Of a DNA stretch of 64,000 nt, positions 58,344-64,000 are shown piece by piece. The translations under genes and the position numbers were made by a program. The notes under the pieces were generated by a model. The model ran no database searches. It saw only the letters and a program-made list of their open reading frames with translations, and was not told where the DNA came from. The first letter of the stretch is position 1, and every line of letters begins with the position of its first letter. The DNA lies in the sequence record PQ464590.1. One strand, given 5' to 3'.

Positions 58344-58655
58344 TCATTTTGAAGGGCTGTAGTTCACATAGCACTGTAAACCTTTAACCCGTTCAGTCCA
58401 ACACTGCTGGTAAACAATTTGACCAACAGAAACTGGATCTGATGATGTTGAATTCATTGTAAGACCATCACTGGTTTTCAATGTAAACGAACAATCTGTC
58501 TTATTACACTGTCCAATCGTCTGAACAGTGCCTGTATTGTAGTATATGTCTAATTTTTCAGTATCGTAATTTTGCTGAGCAGCACAAAAGCGAATTGAGA
58601 AAATTGCAACGATAATACCGATAAAACCCAGTACTTTCATCATACACAGCCTCAC
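58344..58655 (-). CDS. Small exported or membrane-anchored protein
   Basis: N-terminal hydrophobic segment, four Cys. Confidence 0.6.
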   Translation of the reverse strand: MRLCMMKVLGFIGIIVAIFSIRFCAAQQNYDTEKLDIYYNTGTVQTIGQCNKTDCSFTLKTSDGLTMNSTSSDPVSVGQIVYQQCWTERVKGLQCYVNYSPSK

Positions 58656-58978
58656 AGATGTTTGAAACCATTCTCCAGATAAGATACAATATTCTTCAAC
58701 CCAACTGGATTTGCACTGTGTACATAGTACTCGAATGGTTCTTTTATATTATTGTCAAACATGTACTCAATCAAGTACTTCGCAAAAGTATAACCCGTCT
58801 TTTCTACAACCGATTCGGTATCTCCGAGGTCATGGTCGAATGATACAAATTTTGGAAGTCCGTGCTTTTGTACATACGAAATCGCGTCTTCACATGTGCG
58901 TACTACGATAAAACCCTCTCCTGGGTAATATTTTTCAGCATCACGCAAGTCATCAATGAACAGATTATACATCGTCAT
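58652..58978 (-). CDS. Cyclic-phosphate-processing receiver (cREC) domain protein
   Basis: LFIDDLR...ISFDHDLG..TGY...HSANPVG pattern. Confidence 0.8.
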   Translation of the reverse strand: MTMYNLFIDDLRDAEKYYPGEGFIVVRTCEDAISYVQKHGLPKFVSFDHDLGDTESVVEKTGYTFAKYLIEYMFDNNIKEPFEYYVHSANPVGLKNIVSYLENGFKHL

Positions 58979-59539
58979 TTACCCTCTGTCAACGTAATCT
59001 ACAAGAAGATTTTCCTTCTGTACAAGACGTTCAAGTTCAATCTTTGATGTGCCAATATATAGCTGGTTCAGTAGGTTATTGTACCCACATTCGTTACCAC
59101 GGCCTTTTGTGTACCGACAGATGTGCATGAGGTTCACTCCTGCATTCTCTGCACTAAAATGCTCACCCAAGTGTGCGTTGTTGCGAATTTCTTGAATTTC
59201 TTCGTACGAAACCTCATACGAGAAACTATGATTGTGTGTCCCATTTGGGCTGCGAATACTTGCCAACGGCACTAAACGTGAGATATCGAGGTCGTAATGG
59301 ATCTCTTCCCATGCTTCACGTTTGATTGCAATTTCAAGGGATTCATCGTCAGGTTCTACCCCGCCGCCAACACCACCCATCATACCATCGAAGCGTAACT
59401 CTGACAGTACTAAAGATACGTTCGGAATGTCATTATATGGGTAATTCTGGTACGGAGTGCAATTCCGTGCGAAAATCCACACAAATACACAATCAAAACG
59501 AGTACTGCGTTCACCGAATGGTACGTCAACAAATTCCAC
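58979..59539 (-). CDS. Nudix hydrolase of the NUDT16 (U8 snoRNA decapping) type
   Basis: RFDG..G..GG.V...ESLE.AI.RE.WEE; C-terminal YIGTSKIEL resembles NUDT16 FIGSAREQL. Confidence 0.7.
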   Translation of the reverse strand: MEFVDVPFGERSTRFDCVFVWIFARNCTPYQNYPYNDIPNVSLVLSELRFDGMMGGVGGGVEPDDESLEIAIKREAWEEIHYDLDISRLVPLASIRSPNGTHNHSFSYEVSYEEIQEIRNNAHLGEHFSAENAGVNLMHICRYTKGRGNECGYNNLLNQLYIGTSKIELERLVQKENLLVDYVDRG

Positions 59540-59549
59540 TTTTGTTCTC

Positions 59550-60308
59550 CTATTTTACTCTCTCATTTACGATATCAATAATTTCCAGGATTGCTTTTGT
59601 GATCGGCTTGTAGATTTTTTTGTCGAATGTCCAGTCGTTCTCACCACGTTTGAGGTTCACATTCACCGTGTAAGCTGGAGTACCTAAGCCAACCATGTCG
59701 CTCCATTTCAAAATTGTATCAGAAGAACCAATTATAATAACTGTATCAAGTTCTGTCAAGCTTTGCAGTACTTTATTTCTTTCCGCATAAAGTTCAAGAC
59801 GCTGTCCATCAACGTAACGCTCGGATTCACCAAGGAAAACAACGTTAGGTTTAGCATATACGTCCTCTTTTGGAATATATGGTTCATAACCAACATCCAG
59901 TACTGTAAAGTCGTTGTGAGCCATAGAATATCCCTCAATTACTTCTTTGAGGTTCCCATGAAGGTGCATGGCAGTCCCACCAGCACGCTCATACAAATCG
60001 TCCACATTAGCTGTAATGTGCAAGAAACGATCACCCAATTCAGCTTCTAGTCCAGCAATGGCGTAGTGTGCATCATTTGGTTCTTTATCCTTCAACATCA
60101 CTCGGAGAGTATTATAGAATGAATGAATGTGAGCGTACTTACTACCTAAGCTTGCAATATTACAAACATCATTGATGTTCACACCTTCCCATAATGCATC
60201 TTCTGCATCACGAAAAGTACTAATGCCTGATTCAGCACTAAGACCAGCACCGCTTAGAATTAACAAACGTTTCTGTCCCTTAGCTGCAATAAATTTATTC
60301 ACATCCAT
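59550..60308 (-). CDS. Sir2/CobB-like NAD-dependent deacylase
   Basis: SGAGLSAESGISTFRD, TANVDDLYERAG, HLHG, KPNVVFLGE and IIGSS. Confidence 0.9.
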   Translation of the reverse strand: MDVNKFIAAKGQKRLLILSGAGLSAESGISTFRDAEDALWEGVNINDVCNIASLGSKYAHIHSFYNTLRVMLKDKEPNDAHYAIAGLEAELGDRFLHITANVDDLYERAGGTAMHLHGNLKEVIEGYSMAHNDFTVLDVGYEPYIPKEDVYAKPNVVFLGESERYVDGQRLELYAERNKVLQSLTELDTVIIIGSSDTILKWSDMVGLGTPAYTVNVNLKRGENDWTFDKKIYKPITKAILEIIDIVNERVK

Positions 60309-60317
60309 AGTAGTTCC

Positions 60318-60749
60318 TTATTTCTTCAAAGCATTAAACTTTTCATTTCCAAACTTAAGTACTTTAGGAATACCCTTCAATTTGATTAAAAGTTCTAGTA
60401 GATCTTTGTCAGTGTCTTTTGGATTGTAGTTAATGCTCATGTGTATTAGTAAACTGGGGAAGCTATGATTATATCCAGCATTCTTAAGTTCTTTGTGACG
60501 TTTAGTAATGCCAGGAGAGTCCATCGTGATTGCTATCGCATCACCTAGCATCTTCACACCAGTTACTTTTGCGTTGTATACTTGGGTATTTTTTAGTATT
60601 TTGATGTCAGGATCACTTTCATCGTACATTAATGTGCAGTGTAGTTCAGAAGGTGGAAGACATTCAATTCCTGCCACCTTCATTATTTTATGAATTTCTT
60701 TTGCTTGTGCTGCGTCGAGCTTCAAGCTGCAATATCCTTTGCCAGCCAT
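60318..60749 (-). CDS. acb1: 2H phosphoesterase, anti-CBASS nuclease Acb1 (T4 57B)-like
   Basis: ELHCTLMY and HSF....IHMSINY two-His motifs; size ~143 aa. Confidence 0.7.
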   Translation of the reverse strand: MAGKGYCSLKLDAAQAKEIHKIMKVAGIECLPPSELHCTLMYDESDPDIKILKNTQVYNAKVTGVKMLGDAIAITMDSPGITKRHKELKNAGYNHSFPSLLIHMSINYNPKDTDKDLLELLIKLKGIPKVLKFGNEKFNALKK

Positions 60750-60760
60750 TATAATTCCCT

Positions 60761-60985
60761 CTAAAAGATTTGTGAATACGCTCCTATCCAGTACAGAATG
60801 TATGCCAATCCCAAGATTGTACAAACGAATCCTAACCGCATGATTACGAACGCTATTTGATAGTATTTAGAGGTGAATCTGCCGTCCGGTTCAAGAAAAC
60901 CTTCCTTCCAGCCCTTCCATTCTAACATCATGATTACAACACTAGCAAGGTACAGTAGTACGATACCCCAGTATAAAATTACCAT
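60761..60985 (-). CDS. Small two-TM membrane protein
   Basis: Two hydrophobic segments. Confidence 0.65.
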   Translation of the reverse strand: MVILYWGIVLLYLASVVIMMLEWKGWKEGFLEPDGRFTSKYYQIAFVIMRLGFVCTILGLAYILYWIGAYSQIF

Positions 60986-61233
60986 GATAGTAATCCGTTG
61001 TGATATAATCCCAGTACTATAAATCCAATTGGATAAATGGACATGTACACGAAGTGTGCGTTACGGTTCCATTTCAAACGAGTTTTAACTTTTTCATCTG
61101 TTTCATTTGAGATGGAACAGTTCAAGTCACTCACTGCAAACGCTGGAGCCGCAAGAAATACACAACCACCGATGTAGAACCACACCATGAACGTAAAGAT
61201 AATGAACGCCCAGTGCTGAATAGTTTCCATCAT
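60979..61233 (-). CDS. Small two-TM membrane protein
   Basis: Two hydrophobic segments. Confidence 0.65.
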   Translation of the reverse strand: MMETIQHWAFIIFTFMVWFYIGGCVFLAAPAFAVSDLNCSISNETDEKVKTRLKWNRNAHFVYMSIYPIGFIVLGLYHNGLLSW

Positions 61234-61424
61234 ACCATTGCTCCAAAGGCCAATGCCAGTACTGAACCAACCACTGTCAGTGTGAGCATAATGGAGCTAA
61301 TGACGTACAAGCAGAAACGTTCTAAACGAGTTTCAGCTAAACCATTCTTACTGAATGGAATGACGCACAAAACACCGATAAAACCGATTACTGCCAGAAT
61401 TGCAAACATGTGATACAGTTCCAT
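61230..61424 (-). CDS. Small two-TM membrane protein
   Basis: Two hydrophobic segments; RBS GAGGG. Confidence 0.65.
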   Translation of the reverse strand: MELYHMFAILAVIGFIGVLCVIPFSKNGLAETRLERFCLYVISSIMLTLTVVGSVLALAFGAMV

Positions 61425-61454
61425 GATATTACCCTCTATTGTTAAAGTACTGAC

Positions 61455-61483
61455 ATCGTATCATTATCATGAACCGATGTCAA
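61455..61483 (-). promoter_or_regulatory. Sigma70-type promoter
   Basis: TTGACA-17 nt-TACGAT upstream of 61424. Confidence 0.65.
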
Positions 61484-61488
61484 GAAAT

Positions 61489-61689
61489 TTATAGAAGAAA
61501 AATCAAAATAGGATAACCGACGTAGATCAGAGCTAGACCTAACCAAATGAAGAACCATGTTTTATTTTCTTCTTCTTTAGTCGGAAACTGTGTTGAACCT
61601 AACATGGTCGTGACGAATAGCACCCACGGGGTAGCAATAGCTAATGTTATGATGATGAACAAAGTTTTCAAAATAATCATAGTAATCAT
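61489..61689 (-). CDS. Small two-TM membrane protein
   Basis: Start at the ATGA overlap. Confidence 0.65.
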   Translation of the reverse strand: MITMIILKTLFIIITLAIATPWVLFVTTMLGSTQFPTKEEENKTWFFIWLGLALIYVGYPILIFLL

Positions 61690-61898
61690 GCGAACACCAT
61701 TATAGGTAAGACAATGTATACTGATATAATCAGTGCGAAGATGGAAAGCCAATACACATAAATTATTTTGCGTGGTGGCTTATCTTGATAAGCTTGGTCT
61801 AGACCATATCCCGCAAGTAGTAAAATAACGAACAGTACTGGTGTAGCTATAGTCCATATTCCTACTATTATAAGGATGCTTAGTAAAATGCTCATCAT
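61686..61898 (-). CDS. Small two-TM membrane protein
   Basis: Paralogue-like with 61489 (IATP.LFV). Confidence 0.65.
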   Translation of the reverse strand: MMSILLSILIIVGIWTIATPVLFVILLLAGYGLDQAYQDKPPRKIIYVYWLSIFALIISVYIVLPIMVFA

Positions 61899-62050
61899 TC
61901 CACCCAAGATTCACTGTCTTTGTGTTCACCACATTCATCACAGCTATATACATACACTGTTAGCCAATTATCTGCTTTATCTCGAACTACATCTTTGAAT
62001 TTGTCCGAGTAACTTTGTGTATCTTTTTCACAATGTTTACACCAACTCAT
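61895..62050 (-). CDS. Small zinc-ribbon protein, 51 aa (not in ORF track)
   Basis: MSWCKHC...CDECG...; RBS GGAG. Confidence 0.7.
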   Translation of the reverse strand: MSWCKHCEKDTQSYSDKFKDVVRDKADNWLTVYVYSCDECGEHKDSESWVE

Positions 62051-62073
62051 ATGATACTCCTGTTTGTTTGATT

Positions 62074-62098
62074 AAAAAAGAGGGAGGCAATGCCTCCC
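62074..62098 (-). terminator. Intrinsic terminator after nadV
   Basis: GGGAGGCA/TGCCTCCC hairpin plus U-run. Confidence 0.85.
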
Positions 62099-62106
62099 AA
62101 TATCAA

Positions 62107-63585
62107 TTATAGTCCTTTATTTGCACGAGCACGTACATCATCAAAGCTGCTTAGGTTCATGATCTCACCGTTGATATACATATCTACCATCATATCACGG
62201 AGGAATGGATTCACCTCTTGTAGCTCAATACGTTCGGCTAGGATCTTACCACTGCTGGTACATTCGTAAGTAGTCACACGACCACGTAGAGAACGTTTAC
62301 CAACATCGGTAATTGGGTCTTTGAACAGGTCTTCCCAAGTACCATCTGCTAGCTGCTGTGCAGAACCTTTCATTGCAAAGGAATATGTATCGCGGCCTTT
62401 CTCTGGGTGTACAAGTTTACCACCCATACCGAATACGATATTCTCTAAAGAGTACATCTTAGCTTCTAAGTTCTCAACGATAGTACGGATACTTTCTTCG
62501 TTGATGCCGTCGCCTTGAATAACTCCGATATAACCTGGAAGTACAGAATAGCCATTTGCGTTTACAGTACTACCAAATTTCTCCATCAAAATCTCTAGGA
62601 TTTCGATAGGCATTGTGGTTGGATCACCACTGTCTGGACGCATAACAAGTTTAGCACCAGGGCAGCGTTTACCAATCTCTTCAATTGTTGCTTTTAGTTT
62701 AGTACCGATGAAGTCACGCACGAAACGTTTAGCGTCATAAGTATCGATAACTACAGAAACAATTGGTGGTACACCTACTGAACCGTTAGCAATGTATTTC
62801 TCTACTTTCTTCTCCCATAGGCGAACCATTTTGATTGCCATGTTGAAGTCATCGCGTTTGTCCGCGTCAGAGTTAGAGCAAGTAGCACTGTGCTCACTAG
62901 CTGTAACACTGCTCAAGTACGCGTTCGTGGTGCGATAGTAAGCTTTGATGTAACGGTTAGCCGCTAGGCAGTCTGATCCATTGAACACCACAGCGTGAGA
63001 AATACCTGCAAGGATTGCAGACTCATAGCTTGATGCAGAACGGTCGCCAAAGTTATGCAAGTGGTAATCGACAAAGCGATGACCAGCGTGACGTTCCATA
63101 ACATCAGCAAGGAACACTTTGATACTACGAGCGTTCGAAGCTACAGTGGTAGGGAACTGCACTGCACGTTGAAGTTGAGTTTCAATGTACGATGCGATAA
63201 CTTTTACACGTGGATCAGTACTGAAGGAGCGTAATAGTGGAACTCCAACAGGAACTACAGTACCTTCTGGAATTGCACGGATGTGAAGCGGGAGTTTTCC
63301 ACCATGAACATTCACGATGTGTTCCCAGAATTCACGGTCAAAATCATCACCACGCTCAGTGGTTTCTAGTTCAGCTTCATCGATATCAGCCGTTGTAATC
63401 GTAATATCAAGGTACTCTTGGAGATAAATCTCTAGACCCATCATCACTACATGACTGGTATATTTTGTTGGCTTACGAGCAACGATGTTAGATTCTAGAC
63501 CGATTACACCGTCTTTCATCATAGCATCATGACCAGTTTTGTAAGAGTCAACGTTCAGGATAAAGTTCACATTTAGATTTTTCAT
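62107..63585 (-). CDS. nadV: Nicotinamide phosphoribosyltransferase
   Basis: DSYKTGH, LHNFGDR, FNGSD, ASEHS, SVVIDTYD, LVMRPDSGDP, IQGDGI and FGMGG.L. Confidence 0.95.
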   Translation of the reverse strand: MKNLNVNFILNVDSYKTGHDAMMKDGVIGLESNIVARKPTKYTSHVVMMGLEIYLQEYLDITITTADIDEAELETTERGDDFDREFWEHIVNVHGGKLPLHIRAIPEGTVVPVGVPLLRSFSTDPRVKVIASYIETQLQRAVQFPTTVASNARSIKVFLADVMERHAGHRFVDYHLHNFGDRSASSYESAILAGISHAVVFNGSDCLAANRYIKAYYRTTNAYLSSVTASEHSATCSNSDADKRDDFNMAIKMVRLWEKKVEKYIANGSVGVPPIVSVVIDTYDAKRFVRDFIGTKLKATIEEIGKRCPGAKLVMRPDSGDPTTMPIEILEILMEKFGSTVNANGYSVLPGYIGVIQGDGINEESIRTIVENLEAKMYSLENIVFGMGGKLVHPEKGRDTYSFAMKGSAQQLADGTWEDLFKDPITDVGKRSLRGRVTTYECTSSGKILAERIELQEVNPFLRDMMVDMYINGEIMNLSSFDDVRARANKGL

Positions 63586-63633
63586 ATTGTATTACCTCTT
63601 TGGTATTAGTTAGAGAAAGCTACACGCTTTCCA

Positions 63634-63990
63634 TTATGTTAGCAAACTCACCGGAAGTTTGTACTTCAATTCCGCGTTGGAGAACATATCTTTGTCTCCT
63701 GGGATCATCATTTTGAAGTATCTTTCCTCCTTAGAATTCACGATATCCAGTACTGGAAAAGTATTTCCATTTTTGTGTACTAGGATTCCGTTCGAAGTAT
63801 ATTCATGAACTGCACTCATATACTTCTTTGAAATTGTTAGGGTACAATCGTATACTTTTCCGTACTGATATACCCACTGACCAATGTCAGTACTTCTTGA
63901 ACCATCGAATGGATACTGAAAGTTCATATCAGAAGTACCGAACCATTGCCGAGCAATGAACCAAAACCTATTATGACCTTGTATATCCAT
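63634..63990 (-). CDS. Hypothetical protein
   Basis: 118-aa ORF. Confidence 0.6.
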   Translation of the reverse strand: MDIQGHNRFWFIARQWFGTSDMNFQYPFDGSRSTDIGQWVYQYGKVYDCTLTISKKYMSAVHEYTSNGILVHKNGNTFPVLDIVNSKEERYFKMMIPGDKDMFSNAELKYKLPVSLLT

Positions 63991-64000
63991 TGCCCGATTC

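Overview
A 64-kb segment of a large, AT-rich lytic myovirus (jumbo-phage) genome. Essentially all real genes lie on the minus strand, are densely packed and read normally in the standard code. Gene content and style suggest a Rak2/GAP32-like jumbo phage of a gammaproteobacterial host (inference). From left to right the window holds: a T4-like virion module (gp4 head completion, three tail-tube-fold paralogues, gp18 sheath, gp13 neck) with dNMP kinase; a translation/RNA-repair and ADP-ribose region (Pth2-like, macro domain, Nudix-glutaredoxin fusion, CCA-adding enzyme, HPF, RNA ligase); a LysM lysozyme, thymidine kinase, spanins and an HNH nuclease; a 2OG-dioxygenase, three tandem 'YDCGY' paralogues and an RlaP-like nucleotidyltransferase; three related tail-fibre-like proteins; nrdDG, GroES and PIN-PhoH; a cREC/NUDT16-like/Sir2/Acb1 cluster; and nicotinamide phosphoribosyltransferase. 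Four things are not explained by the gene list: (1) a ~465-nt highly structured non-coding RNA gene at 27814-28278 with its own promoter, terminator and a long helix pairing its 5' and 3' ends; (2) very strong over-representation of the palindrome (C)AGTACT(G), resembling cyanobacterial HIP1; (3) a four-copy non-canonical promoter, NTGGGA-N18-TATAAT, overlapping a dyad, one copy of which drives the RNA; (4) a second, smaller structured element at 49442-49554. No tRNA genes, CRISPR arrays, introns or IS elements were recognised. Many start codons were trimmed from the ORF track using ribosome-binding sites and stop/start overlaps. All counts were made by eye.
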